The translations under genes were made by a program, and so were the position numbers. From contig JABVCE010000011.1 in NCBI GenBank assembly GCA_014905635.1, positions 496,001 through 560,000 on the forward strand: a stretch of 64,000 bases of DNA. The letters run 5' to 3'. This document shows positions 35,420 through 48,984 of this stretch, piece after piece. The notes beneath the pieces were generated by a model. It did no database searches, was not told the origin of the DNA, and saw only the letters and a program-made list of their open reading frames with translations. The first letter of the stretch is position 1. Every line of letters begins with the position of its first letter. The stretch comes from Scenedesmus sp. PABB004 (Eukaryota).

Positions 35420-38400
35420 CTGCTCCGCTGCGGAGCGGTGGCGGCGCTCGCGGTGGCTTTGACGCCATCGCGCTGGACGGTGCTGAGGAGCAGGAGCTGG
35501 CGCGCAGCAGATGGCAGCGTTTGACACGCGCGCGTGAGGCCGCCACGACGACCGCCGTGCAACTGGCATGCTTACGAGCGCACACGCAGGCAGGCACCGC
35601 ACAACCTCAACCCGCCGCTGCTTGCTTGCTGCGCCCGCACACGACCCGCCAGCGCGCACAAGGCAGGCGCCGCCCGCCGCCCGCCGCGTCGTCTCACTCA
35701 CCCTCTCACTCACTCGTCCGGTGGCCGAGGCTGCACCACTGTCGTCACGAACCAGCCGGGCCGCGACGTGCCAGGCGCCCGTGCCTCTGCCGCCGCCGCG
35801 CCCGCCCACATCGCGCGCTGGCCCTCGTTCGCCACCGACACAAACACCTCCTGCACAAACCGCAGCGCGCGCAGCCACGCCCCCGCGTCCTCCGGCGCCA
35901 GCTCGAGCCCGAACAGCTCCAGCCAAGCAGTGCGCAGCGCGGTCATGTGCGCCAGGCCCATCAGCCCGGCTGGCGTGCACGCGCTGCCAGCCGGCACGCG
36001 CAGCAGCAGTTCGGTGACCTGCGTCACCGCGGCCAGCGCCACCACCTCCGCGTCGTTGCTGGCAGAAAAGCACAGCCAGCGCAGCCCGTTGAGACCAGCG
36101 AGCCCGCGCACCGCCGCCACGCGCTCCGCCTGGGTGCCGGCCTCAAAGCTGGGCCCGGCCCATTGCTCGCACGAACACAAATCAAGTGCCGTCAGCCCGG
36201 TGCAGTGCGCGGCCAGCCCCCGCAGCGTGGCGGGCGTCCACGGTGCAGACTGCGCCACATCGTGCAGGCTCGGAAACGCCTCAAACGGCACTGAGCCGCT
36301 GCCGAACAGCTCCACCACCGACTGGCAGGCTGTGCTGGCGCCGCCGACCCCGCCGCTGCTGCCCTCCACCCAGCAACCGTCCAGCCAGGTGAGCTGGCGC
36401 AAGCTGGCCAGGCTCGGAAGCGAGGCGCGCGACAGCTGGTTGATGCAGAGCCGCTGCAGCCCCGTCAGCGCCGCCAGCGCCGCCAGGAGGTGCGGGTCTG
36501 AGCCTTGGTCCACCTCGATGTTCAGGGCGGTGAGTCGCGTGCACCGCGCGAACGCCGCGCACTCCGCCTCGCCGAGCGTGGGCCAGACACGGGTGCCGTT
36601 GTCAATGTGCCCTCCACCCAGCAGCCGTCCACCCGGGTGAGCTGTCTCAAGCTGGCCAGGCTCGGCAGCGAGGCGCGCGACAGCTGGTTTATGGCGAGCC
36701 GCTGCAGCGCCGTCAGCACCGCCAGCGCAGCCAGGAGGTGCGGGTCGGAGCCTTGGTCCACCTGGATGTTCAGGGAGGTGAGCCGCACGCACTGCGCAAG
36801 CGCTGCGCACTCTGCCTCGTCCGGCGCCGCGTAGACAAGGGTGCTGCTGAAAAAATTAATGCTAGGATGCATCACAAACTCGAGGCTTCGCAGGCCGGTG
36901 CAGGCACCAATGGCGTCCAGGCCCTGGCGGTTGCAGACAAGGGGCAGCTCGAGCTCTGTGAGCGCTGGGAGGCCGGCCAGGAAGCCGTAGTGCTGCGCGC
37001 CGCGCAGATCGCCCATATCAACAACAAGGCTCGCCAGGCCGTTGATGGCAGCCAGCGCCAACAGGTGGCGCAGCGCAACGGGCGAGTGCAGCTGCATATC
37101 GAAGCGCACCGCGACGCGCGTGAGCTGCGTCGCCAGGCCGACTGCCCGCCACGCGGCGTCCCTGCCCTCCCAGCCGCTGCCGAGCGCCAGCTGCAGCGAC
37201 CGCAGGCCTGGCAGCTGCGCTGCCACTGCTGAGACCGCCGGTGCAATGGCCGCCGGCTCGCTGGCGGCGGCGCTGGCCGCCGCGTCCAGGCGCAGCGAGG
37301 TGAGCCGCGGCAGCCTGCAGGTGCAGGGGCGGGCAGGTGTGGCGGCGCGGAGGGTGAGCCGCCTCCCACGTGGAGTCACCTGGATGCCTGCTTGCCGCAC
37401 GCGCGCGCGCCACCTGCAAGACACCGGCACGCCCCTCCAGGCCGACCGCGCGCCGGCGCGCGCCGCCGCTGCTCACCTCGCCAGCGCGGCCAGCAGTGTC
37501 GCCAGCGGCGCGCCGGCGTCGCCGGGACTGCCGAGGGCGAAAGCCACCTCGCTGCAGCCGGTGAAGCGCTGCCCCAGGCGCCAGCGTGGCCGCGGGCGCG
37601 CAGTCGGCGGCGCGCATCGACAGCGCCGCCGCGCTGCTCTGCACGAGCCGCCGCGCCTCCCTGCAGGCCAGCGCGAACGCAGGAGCGCTTCCTTTGTCCG
37701 CCCGCAGCTTTGGCAGCAGCGCCTCCGCCCACACGCCGTCGTCCAGCGCCGCGAGCGCGCACAGCAGCGGGCTCGCTCCGTCGTCGTCGGGCGGCGCCGC
37801 GCAGCGCCGGGCGCGCGCGCGGGTCAGCATGGCGCCGCCTGGGCCGGTGCGGGGCGTCAGAGCGCTGCCGGGGTGCGGGGCGCGGAGTGGGCTGTGCGCG
37901 GCGCGCGCGGGCGGGCGCATCGCGTGGCGCGACGGCGGCGCAGGGGTTGAAGCCGCGGCGGGGCGGGGCGGGCGCGATGGGCTGGAGGCCGCGCTGCTGT
38001 GCGTGGCCCTGCGGGAGGTGCGGTGGCCTGGCGGCGGTCGCTGGCGGCAGGTGGCTGGTGCACAGCACGCGGGCCGCGCTGGCCAGGGCGGCCAGCCGCC
38101 CTGCGTCCGCTCGGCGAGGCTCGACCATCCCCCGCTCAGGCTTGAGCGCCCTGGTCAGGGCCCCTGCCGGCGGGGGCAGACTGGGCGGGGCGGCCTGCGG
38201 CTGTGCGGTGCTCGCGGCCCTGCCGCAGGCGCGCGCAGCGCACGCGCACGGTGGCCAGGTTAAGGCCCGCCGCGCGGCGCGCCCCGGCCCACGCAACTCC
38301 CGGCAGCGCCGCTCTCGCGCGCGCGTTCACGGCCGCTCCCACGGTTCCGCGCACGCCTCGTCGGACGTGTCCACAGCGTGCACGTCGGGCAGGCCGCCGC

Positions 38401-38420
38401 AGCCGCCCACCGCGCCGCCG
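35420..38420 (+). repeat. Segmental duplication copy A (gene remnant, LRR pseudogene and 'Y' flank)
   Basis: Aligns with 56260-58640, from gacgccatcgcgct(g/c)gacggtgctg to tccacagcgtgcacgtcgggcaggccgccgcagccgcccaccgcgccgccg. Confidence 0.9.
35710..37830 (-). pseudogene. F-box-like/LRR protein copy A; frameshift in exon 1 and an out-of-frame internal duplication/chimera at ~36610
   Basis: ALDDGVWAEALLPKL..APAFALACREARRLVQ; same single intron position as the 2569-4410 gene. The DQGSDPHLLAALA...LPSLASLRQLT block occurs twice in different frames. Confidence 0.8.
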
Positions 38421-38779
38421 TCGGCGGCGTCGGCGCCGCCCGCCGCGGCACCACGCCTCCAGAGCGGCGGCAGAGTTGCAGTAAGATTGATATGTCATCG
38501 GCGTGTGCTCCACGCGAGTGCGCTGCAGGCGTGGGGGGTGCGATGGCGACGGTGCCGGCCGGGCGCGCCTCCCACGGTTCAGTTCTCGTGTTCAGGTGAT
38601 GCTTGAAGGTGGTCGTTCTCCTGCAATCAATTGTGTTGTGTGTGTCGTGTCTTGCCTGCGCCCTCGTCAGCGCGCCCAGCATGCGCCCCCGCCCCCCCGC
38701 CTCCGGACCCGTCGCAGCGCGGCACGGCACGGCGCGGCGGGGGCCCCGTGGGCCCCGCGCTCGCGGCCAGGGCTGGTCA

Positions 38780-40960
38780 TCAGCAGCCCTCGAGCTTTGG
38801 CGGCACGCCCTGCGCGTAGGCAAAGACGTTCTTGGGGTCGTACTTTGCCTTGACGCCAGACAGGCGGCACAGGTTGCCCTGGTAGTACTTGTCCAGGGCC
38901 TCGCGGGGCAGGTAGTACTCGGTCGGGCAGTTCTGGTACGCGCCGCCGCTCAGCAGCCCGCGCCACCTGCGCGCCCCGGGTACGTGGCAACGCCGGCGGC
39001 GGCGGACGAAGGCCCGCGGTCAGCGGTCAGCCGCCGGCGGCGGCGCGCGGCGGGCGCCTGCCCCGCCAGCAGCGGGCCGGGGCGGGGCGGGGGGGGGGGC
39101 CTGCGGCCGCGCCGGCCGGGCCAGCGCGCGCGCCGCGCGCCTTGTGTAGAGGCCGCCAACCCAGGCCTGCGCGGCGTCGCGCGCGCCGGGGGCGCGGCCG
39201 TCAAACATAAAGTTGACCACCATGTCAAAGCCAGGGCCCCGGTGGGCGAAGGCCGTGCCGTTGGCGGGCACGTCGCTGATTGCGCCTGGGGACGCCAGCG
39301 CGGGTGGGGGGCGGGTTGCTCGAGCGCGGCGCGCGCCACGCGCCGCGTGCTCAAAACCACAGCTCCCTAAACCCCGACCCCTGAGCCCTGGGCCCTGGGC
39401 CCTGGACCGCCCCGGACGTTGCACACGCGCACCCTCCATCGTCTCAAACTCTATGTACGTGATGGCCGGCCCCGTGTAATTCTTCGGGTACGCGGGGCTG
39501 CTGGTGAAGCCGTTGATCAGCGACTCAAACTCGGCCAGCGACAGCGGCCGCGCCACGTACTCGCAGCGCTTGGCCGTCTGCAGCGGCGCGCCCCCCGCGG
39601 CCGCGTCGACGCGGAGGTCGATGCCCGCCGCCAGGTCGGGCATGGTGGTCCAGGGCCGGCGCTCAAACGCGTGCGCCGCGGGCTTGAGCGCGAGCAGCGG
39701 CGCCGCCGCGGCCCGCAGCGCCGCCTCCGCGTCCGCGATCGGCACGCCCTCGGGGGCGTACGTCGCGTAGATCACGAGCGTCTGCTCGCCCGTGCGCGCG
39801 TCGGCGAAGACGTGGGGCCACGTGGACATGCCGCGGGGGTCCTTGTCAAGGTACTTGTCCTGCCACGTCAGCAGCACGCGCGCGGCGCGGCGCGGGTCGG
39901 CCGCGATGCTCCACGACGCGTTGAACGTCGCCGCAAAGGCGAGCGGGAAGACCTTGTACGTGATGCGCGTGACGACGCCGTAGTTGCCGTGCCCGCCGCC
40001 GAGCAGCGCCCAGAACAGGTCGTCGTGGCGGCCCCCGCGGCCCGCGTCGACGGCGGAGCCGTCGGCCAGCACCACGCGGTAGCCGAGCACGTTGTCCACG
40101 CCGAGCCCGCGCCCCGCGGACAGGGCGCCCCACCCTCCTCCCAGGCTGAATCCGGCGATGCCGACGTTGGGGCAGGTGCCCGTCACGGCGGCCATGCCCT
40201 TGGCGGAGAGCGCGGCAAAAACGTCCCGGAAGCGCGCGCCCGCCTGGATGACAGCCTCGCGGCGCTCAGGCGACACGGTGATCTGCGTGCGCGTGTGCGT
40301 GTGAGTGGGTGTGTGAGTGGAGGGTGTATGGGGTGTGTGTGGGTGTGTGGGTGTGTGTGGGTGGTGTGTGTGTGTGGGAGGGTATGGGAGAGGGTGGGTG
40401 GGTGCGGAAAGGGCGCCGCGCCGTCGGCCGGCGCGGCGCGACGCGGGCAGTGATGAGCGCGCCTGTGTCATGGGCGACACGTCGATCACCACGCCGGCGC
40501 ACGACGAGTAGCCGCCCGAGTCGTGCCCGCCCGCGCGCGCGCAGAGCGGGAGGCCGCGCGCGCGCGCAAAGTTGACGGCGGCCTGCACGTCGCCCTCCGA
40601 CTCGGCGCGCACGATGAGCGCCGGCGGCGGCCGCGCAGCGTTGTAATAGGTGTTGATGGGCTCCACGTACTTGCGCGCCGCGTCAAACGCCGCCTCGCCG
40701 GGCAGCAGGACGGCGCCGCGCACGGCCTTTTTGAGCCGCTTCACGTCGGCGTCACCGGCGTGGAGCGGGGCGGCGCTGGCGCCCGGCGCCGCGCCAGGCC
40801 CGGCGGCGGCACCGGGCCGGCCGCTGCTGCTGCTGGCCGCCGCCGCCGCCTTGCGATCGCCGTCCGTGCCGGCCTTCGCCGGCCCGGCGGCCTGGCACAG
40901 AGCTCCGTGCGCCAGTGCCAGGAGGATCGCGGCCGCAATGGCCCGAGGGCCGCGTGCCAT
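38780..40960 (-). CDS. Secreted berberine bridge enzyme-like (BBE/AA7-type) FAD oxidase with bicovalent-FAD motifs; 4 exons
   Basis: Signal peptide; PALIVRAESEGDVQAAVNFA, RAGGHDSGGYS (His), GTCPNVGIAGFSLGGGWG (Cys), DLFWALLGGGHGNYGVVT; C-terminal YQN...YYQGNLCRLSGVKAKYDPKNVF. Introns GC-AG, GT-AG, GC-AG. Confidence 0.93.
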
Positions 40961-41223
40961 GTCGGCAGCCCTGCCGGCAGCCTCTGCCGAGCACCAGCAG
41001 CGATGGCGGCCGCTGACGGCACCGTAGCACGATGGCGACAGCACTGGGCTCGCGCCGTACTCGTGAACGCTGGCGGCGCGTCCTCATCACCACGCCCCCT
41101 CGAGTGCCGAGTTCTCAATGCGCCCCACGGCATGGTCCTCCGCGCGCGACCGACGGCGGCAGTCGCGATCTCGGCTTTGGCCCTGCGTGAGCTGTTCTGG
41201 CGGCACGAAGCACGCTCAGAGCC

Positions 41224-43429
41224 ATGGCGCGGCCTGCTGCTGAAGTAGTGTGGGGTGTCCTCCTGTGCGCCCTGCTGGCCGGGATGGTCGCTGCGCAAGG
41301 CCCCGCAGGTGCGTCAGGAGAGTGCTACCCGACCATGGCTCTCGCGTGGCAGGACGCGGCGTGGGCGCGCCAGGCCCGGGCCGAACGATCCGCGCATGGG
41401 CGTCCACCGCCCCGCGCGCCCTCCAACCCCGCGCGCCTCCGCCGCGCCCCCTCTCTCTCGCAGCCAGCGCGGCGGGCGTCACCGCCGTGCGCGGCGCGTT
41501 CCTGGACTATCTGGACGACCCCTTCTACGTCGACGAGAACTCCTCTGCGCTGGGTGCCTGACGGCCTGCTGGTCATCGCCAAGAACGGCACCATCCTGGC
41601 CTTTGGCCCCTACGCCGAGGTGTCCCCCAAGTTCCCCGGCGTCCCCACCACGGCCTACAAGGAGGGCAACGTGATCATGCCCGGCTTCATCGACACGCAC
41701 GTGCACTACGTGCAGTCGCGCGTGACCGGCGCGTACGGCCTCCACAAGTGCGCCGCCTGCGCCGCCGCCGCGCGGGGTGGCTGCCGCGCCGTGCCGAGCC
41801 ACGCGACGCGCGCGCTGCGCGCGGGCCGGCCGACCGCGCCGCGCCTACACCCCAAGGCCATCCGACCCCGCCGCGCTAAACCCGCAGGCCCGAGTGGCTT
41901 CAGGCCTACATCTTCCCCGAGGAGATCAAATGCAAGAACGCGAGCTACGCCCGTACCGTGGCCAACTGGTTCCTCGACGAGATGCTCCGCGCCGGCACGA
42001 CGACGGTGCAGAGGTGCGCGCGCGCAGCGGGCGCGCGCGCGGCGGGCGGGCGCGCGTGGCTGCGCTTGCGGCGGCGCACACGGCGCGCGCGACGGACGCG
42101 TGCGGCCACGCCGCGGCGCCGCTGACGGTCGCCCGCCCGCGCTCGCGGCGCGGCGCAGCTTCACCATGACGGCGCGCATCGCGACAGACGTGTTCTTCGA
42201 AGAGGCGGCCAAGCGCAACATGCGCGTCATCGCGGGCGTCACGGGCGTGGACCGCCCCGGCGAGGGCCCGCCCGGCTACACCGACACGGCCGCCCAGTTT
42301 GAGCGCGACTCGGTCGCGATGTACAACAAGTGGCACGGCAAGGGCCGCGCCCTATACGCCGTGACGCCGCGCTACGCGCCCGGCGTGACGAACGCGCTGC
42401 TCGCCAAGGCGGGCCACCTGTTCAAGACGCTCCCCGGGGTCTACATGAATACCCACCTCGCCGAGGTCACCGCTGACGTTGAGACCGTGAAGAAGCTTTT
42501 CCCTAACGCGACCGATTATTACAGTGCGCGCTGCATCAGCACCGGGCCGCGCCGGCGCGCGCCATCTTGCTTGGGGCCAAGGGTTTGGACACCGAGCAGC
42601 CCGCGCCGACGCCGCGCGCCGACGCGCGCGCGCTGACGCCCCACTCGCCCGCCGCGCCGACGCCCTCGCGACGCGCCGCGCCGCGCCGCGCCGCGCAGAC
42701 GTGTTTGAGATGCACGGGCTCGTCGGCCCTCGCACGACGTTCGGCCACAGCATTTACCTGTCTCCCAGCGAGTTTGAGCGCATGAGCAAGCAGGGGTCGG
42801 GCATCTCCTTCTGCCCGGCGTCCAACCTCTTCCTTGGCAGCGGCCTGTTCAAGCTCGCGACCGCCAAGGGCACCAAGACGCCCGTGCGCGTCGGCCTCGG
42901 CACCGACATGGCCGGCGGCGACTACTTCAGCCAGCTCAAGGTGGGCGGCCCCTCACCCTCGGGCGCGCGCGCCGCGCGCCGCGCTCCGGCGCCCCGCCAG
43001 CGCCCCGGGGCACGCGCGGCGTCCTGCGCGTGCTGCACTGCCCCCCCCCCCCCCCCCCCCCCCCACACACACCACCACCACCACCACCACCGCCACCACA
43101 AGGTGCTGAACAACGGCTACAAGGTCGCGATGCTGCAGAACTACCCGGTGTCTGGGCTGAAGCTCCTCTTCCTCCCCATGCTCGGCGCTGCGCGCGCGCT
43201 CTATCTCGACGACCGCCTCGGCTCGTTCACGCCCGGGCGCGAGGCCGACTTTGTGGTGCTCAACGCCACGGGCACGCGCGAGCTCGCATTCCGCGCCAAC
43301 GGCAACGTCACGATCGGCACCGACCGTGACCGGCTCGAGTTCCTCATGTTTGGCGTCGCCGTGCTCGGCGACGAGCGCGTCGTGGCCGCCACGTACGTCG
43401 CCGGCAAGCGCCTGTACAGCGCCGCGTGA
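41224..43429 (+). pseudogene. guaD: Secreted-type guanine deaminase (amidohydrolase) copy 1, with a 2-nt deletion at ~41547 (pseudogene or sequence error)
   Basis: Otherwise nearly identical to copies 2 and 3; reads tcctctgcgc versus tcctctgtgcgc, shifting the frame in exon 2. Confidence 0.75.
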
Positions 43430-44083
43430 TCGCGGGTGGCGCCCGGCGCCGCGCGGCGCCCGCGGCGCGGGCCCGCCCGGGGCCGGCGGCCAGTGGGGGC
43501 CCGGACCTGGCCGTCTAGTGCGCGGGCAGGGCAACCTCGGGCCTTTAGTTGCATCTTATGGTATCTAGCGCTGGAGCGCTGGCAAGCTGACCCACCTACC
43601 TCGCTGCAGCGGCATTTTGTTCATACCACTCAATCCCAAGCTGACATCATCGATCTTTACCGTACGAAGGGGCTCGACGGTCTCTCCTTCACGCATGTGC
43701 ATGCCAGCATGAACCGCTCATTTAGGGCGCACCTCCACCATCAGCTGTGGGGACCCCAGCGGTGGGCAGCGGATCCTCAACCACCTACGGCCTCTGAACG
43801 CCACGCAACATCTGCTGGGACCTGCACGCAGCGCTGTCCCACCGCACAGAGCCAGGCCGCCGGCCGGCTGTTTACAAGCGGACCTCGCACTTTCCTTGCC
43901 TTGATGGGCGCCTGCTCGGGTGGTCGGTGGGTGGGCGGGTGGCCGGTGGGTGGGCGCATGCATTCGGCCACGTGCGAGAGCCTTCCATGCCAGAGCCTTC
44001 CGTGCCACGTGGCTCGTGCACGGTCAACGGTCATCACCATACCATCATGGGGCAGAGCTGTGTGTGCGTGGTCGTTCCGCTCT

Positions 44084-44370
<287 letters not shown>

Positions 44371-44652
44371 GTTGGGGGCCCGCGCGTCCGACAGGGGCCG
44401 GCCGGCAGCGGGAGCGGGAGTCGCTGGCGCGGACGCCGGCGGCGCGCCCGGCGGCGCGCCCGCCGGCGGCGCGCCAGTGGGCGTCCTACTACTACTGTGG
44501 GGCGGGGCGGGGACGGCCTGCGGCTGCGCGGTGCTCGCGGGCCTGCCGCAGGCGCGCGCTGCGCACGCGGTGGCCAGGTTACGGCCCGCCCCGCAATGGC
44601 CCGCGCAACTCTCTGCAGCGCTCGCCCGCGCGCGCGTTCACGGGCGCTCCCG

Positions 44653-45141
44653 ACCACGCCGGCGCACGAGGAGTAGCCTTGACCTTGAGTAGCCGCCCGA
44701 GTCGTGCCCGCCCGCGCGCGCGCAGAGCGGGAGGCCGCGCGCGCGCGCAAAGTTGACGGCGGCCTGCACGTCGCCCTCCGACTCGGCGCGCACGATGAGC
44801 GCCGGCGGCGGCCGCGCAGCGTTGTAATAGGTGTTGATGGGCTCCACGTACTTGCGCGCCGCGTCAAACGCCGCCTCGCCGGGCAGCAGGACGGCGCCGC
44901 GCACGGCCTTTTTGAGCCGCTTCACGTCGGCGTCACCGGCGTGGAGCGGGGCGGCGCTGGCGCCCGGCGCCGCGCCAGGCCCGGCGGCGGCACCGGGCCG
45001 GCCGCTGCTGCTGCTGGCCGCCGCCGCCGCCTTGCGATCGCCGTCCGTGCCGGCCTTCGCCGGCCCGGCGGCCTGGCACAGAGCTCCGTGCGCCAGTGCC
45101 AGGAGGATCGCGGCCGCAATGGCCCGAGGGCCGCGTGCCAT
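44653..45141 (-). pseudogene. 3'-truncated BBE oxidase fragment (chimeric, exon 1 only)
   Basis: Matches 40488-40960 except for a 16-bp insertion and a substitution at the GGYS codons; truncated shortly after. Confidence 0.9.
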
Positions 45142-45404
45142 GTCGGCAGCCCTGCCGGCAGCCTCTGCCGAGCACCAGCAGCGATGGCGGCCGCTGACGG
45201 CACCGTAGCACGATGGCGACAGCACTGGGCTCGCGCCGTACTCGTGAACGCTGGCGGCGCGTCCTCATCACCACGCCCCCTCGAGTGCCGAGTTCTCAAT
45301 GCGCCCCACGGCATGGTCCTCCGCGCGCGACCGACGGCGGCAGTCGCGATCTCGGCTTTGGCCCTGCGTGAGCTGTTCTGGCGGCACGAAGCACGCTCAG
45401 AGCC

Positions 45405-47611
45405 ATGGCGCGGCCTGCTGCTGAAGTAGTGTGGGGTGTCCTCCTGTGCGCCCTGCTGGCCGGGATGGTCGCTGCGCAAGGCCCCGCAGGTGCGTCAGGA
45501 GAGTGCTACCCGACCATGGCTCTCGCGTGGCAGGACGCGGCGTGGGCGCGCCAGGCCCGGGCCGAACGATCCGCGCATGGGCGTCCACCGCCCCGCGCGC
45601 CCTCCAACCCCGCGCGCCTCCGCCGCGCCCCCTCTCTCTCGCAGCCAGCGCGGCGGGCGTCACCGCCGTGCGCGGCGCGTTCCTGGACTATCTGGACGAC
45701 CCCTTCTACGTCGACGAGAACTCCTCTGTGCGCTGGGTGCCTGACGGCCTGCTGGTCATCGCCAAGAACGGCACCATCCTGGCCTTTGGCCCCTACGCCG
45801 AGGTGTCCCCCAAGTTCCCCGGCGTCCCCACCACGGCCTACAAGGAGGGCAACGTGATCATGCCCGGCTTCATCGACACGCACGTGCACTACGTGCAGTC
45901 GCGCGTGACCGGCGCGTACGGCCTCCACAAGTGCGCCGCCTGCGCCGCCGCCGCGCGGGGTGGCTGCCGCGCCGTGCCGAGCCACGCGACGCGCGCGCTG
46001 CGCGCGGGCCGGCCGACCGCGCCGCGCCTACACCCCAAGGCCATCCGACCCCGCCGCGCTAAACCCGCAGGCCCGAGTGGCTTCAGGCCTACATCTTCCC
46101 CGAGGAGATCAAATGCAAGAACGCGAGCTACGCCCGTACCGTGGCCAACTGGTTCCTCGACGAGATGCTCCGCGCCGGCACGACGACGGTGCAGAGGTGC
46201 GCGCGCGCAGCGGGCGCGCGCGCGCGCGGGCGGGCGCGCGTGGCTGCGCTTGCGGCGGCGCACACGGCGCGCGCGACGGACGCGTGCGGCCACGCCGCGG
46301 CGCCGCTGACGGTCGCCCGCCCGCGCTCGCGGCGCGGCGCAGCTTCACCATGACGGCGCGCATCGCGACAGACGTGTTCTTCGAAGAGGCGGCCAAGCGC
46401 AACATGCGCGTCATCGCGGGCGTCACGGGCGTGGACCGCCCCGGCGAGGGCCCGCCCGGCTACACCGACACGGCCGCCCAGTTTGAGCGCGACTCGGTCG
46501 CGATGTACAACAAGTGGCACGGCAAGGGCCGCGCCCTATACGCCGTGACGCCGCGCTACGCGCCCGGCGTGACGAACGCGCTGCTCGCCAAGGCGGGCCA
46601 CCTGTTCAAGACGCTCCCCGGGGTCTACATGAATACCCACCTCGCCGAGGTCACCGCTGACGTTGAGACCGTGAAGAAGCTTTTCCCTAACGCGACCGAT
46701 TATTACAGTGCGCGCTGCATCAGCACCGGGCCGCGCCGGCGCGCGCCATCTTGCTTGGGGCCAAGGGTTTGGACACCGAGCGGCCCGCGCCGACGCCGCG
46801 CGCCGACGCGCGCGCGCTGACGCCCCACTCGCCCGCCGCGCCGACGCCCTCGCGACGCGCCGCGCCGCGCCGCGCCGCGCAGACGTGTTTGAGATGCACG
46901 GGCTCGTCGGCCCTCGCACGACGTTCGGCCACAGCATTTACCTGTCTCCCAGCGAGTTTGAGCGCATGAGCAAGCAGGGGTCGGGCATCTCCTTCTGCCC
47001 GGCGTCCAACCTCTTCCTTGGCAGCGGCCTGTTCAAGCTCGCGACCGCCAAGGGCACCAAGACGCCCGTGCGCGTCGGCCTCGGCACCGACATGGCCGGC
47101 GGCGACTACTTCAGCCAGCTCAAGGTGGGCGGCCCCTCACCCTCGGGCGCGCGCGCCGCGCGCCGCGCTCCGGCGCCCCGCCAGCGCCCCGGGGCACGCG
47201 CGGCGTCCTGCGCGTGCTGCACTGCCCCCCCCCCCCACCCCACCCACACACCACCACCACCACCACCACCACCGCCACCACAAGGTGCTGAACAACGGCT
47301 ACAAGGTCGCGATGCTGCAGAACTACCCGGTGTCTGGGCTGAAGCTCCTCTTCCTCCCCACGCTCGGCGCTGCGCGCGCGCTCTATCTCGACGACCGCCT
47401 CGGCTCGTTCACGCCCGGGCGCGAGGCCGACTTTGTGGTGCTCAACGCCACGGGCACGCGCGAGCTCGCATTCCGCGCCAACGGCAACGTCACGATCGGC
47501 ACCGACCGTGACCGGCTCGAGTTCCTCATGTTTGGCGTCGCCGTGCTCGGCGACGAGCGCGTCGTGGCCGCCACGTACGTCGCCGGCAAGCGCCTGTACA
47601 GCGCCGCGTGA
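45405..47611 (+). CDS. guaD: Secreted-type guanine deaminase (amidohydrolase) copy 2; 6 exons
   Basis: Signal peptide MARPAAEVVWGVLLCALLAGMVAAQ; PGFIDTHVHYVQ, EWLQAYIFPEE, LRAGTTT, YAVTPRYA, NTHLAE, FGHSIYL, FCPASNLFLGSGLF, VGLGTDMAGG, GSFTPGREADFVVL, GDERVVAATYVAG. Confidence 0.92.
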
Positions 47612-48265
47612 TCGCGGGTGGCGCCCGGCGCCGCGCGGCGCCCGCGGCGCGGGCCCGCCCGGGGCCGGCGGCCAGTGGGGGCCCGGACCTGGCCGTCTAG
47701 TGCGCGGGCAGGGCAACCTCGGGCCTTTAGTTGCATCTTATGGTATCTAGCGCTGGAGCGCTGGCAAGCTGACCCACCTAACTCGCTGCAGCGGCATTTT
47801 GTTCATACCACTCAATCCCAAGCTGACATCATCGATCTTTACCGTACGAAGGGGCTCGACGGTCTCTCCTTCACGCATGTGCATGCCAGCATGAACCGCT
47901 CATTTAGGGCGCACCTCCACCATCAGCTGTGGGGACCCCAGCGGTGGGCAGCGGATCCTCAACCACCTACGGCCTCTGAACGCCACGCAACATCTGCTGG
48001 GACCTGCACGCAGCGCTGTCCCACCGCACAGAGCCAGGCCGCCGGCCGGCTGTTTACAAGCGGACCTCGCACTTTCCTTGCCTTGATGGGCGCCTGCTCG
48101 GGTGGTCGGTGGGTGGGCGGGTGGCCGGTGGGTGGGCGCATGCATTCGGCCACGTGCGAGAGCCTTCCATGCCAGAGCCTTCCGTGCCACGTGGCTCGTG
48201 CACGGTCAACGGTCATCACCATACCATCATGGGGCAGAGCTGTGTGTGCGTGGTCGTTCCGCTCT

Positions 48266-48703
<438 letters not shown>

Positions 48704-48984
48704 TTGGGGGCCCGCGCGTCCGACAGGGGCCGGCCGGCAGCGGGAGCGGGAGTCGCTGGCGCGGACGCCGGCGGCGCGCCCGGCGGCGCGCCCGCCGGCG
48801 GCGCGCCAGTGGGCGTCCTACTACTACTGTGGGGCGGGGCGGGGACGGCCTGCGGCTGCGCGGTGCTCGCGGGCCTGCCGCAGGCGCGCGCTGCGCACGC
48901 GGTGGCCAGGTTACGGCCCGCCCCGCAATGGCCCGCGCAACTCTCTGCAGCGCTCGCCCGCGCGCGCGTTCACGGGCGCTCCCG

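Noticed and set aside
43488..43519. Helitron 3' end (ggccag...ctggcc hairpin then CTAG|T) after the deaminase
   Set aside because: The stem is only 6 bp, the spacing to CTAG is atypical, no 5' end is evident, and the array is explained by unequal crossover.
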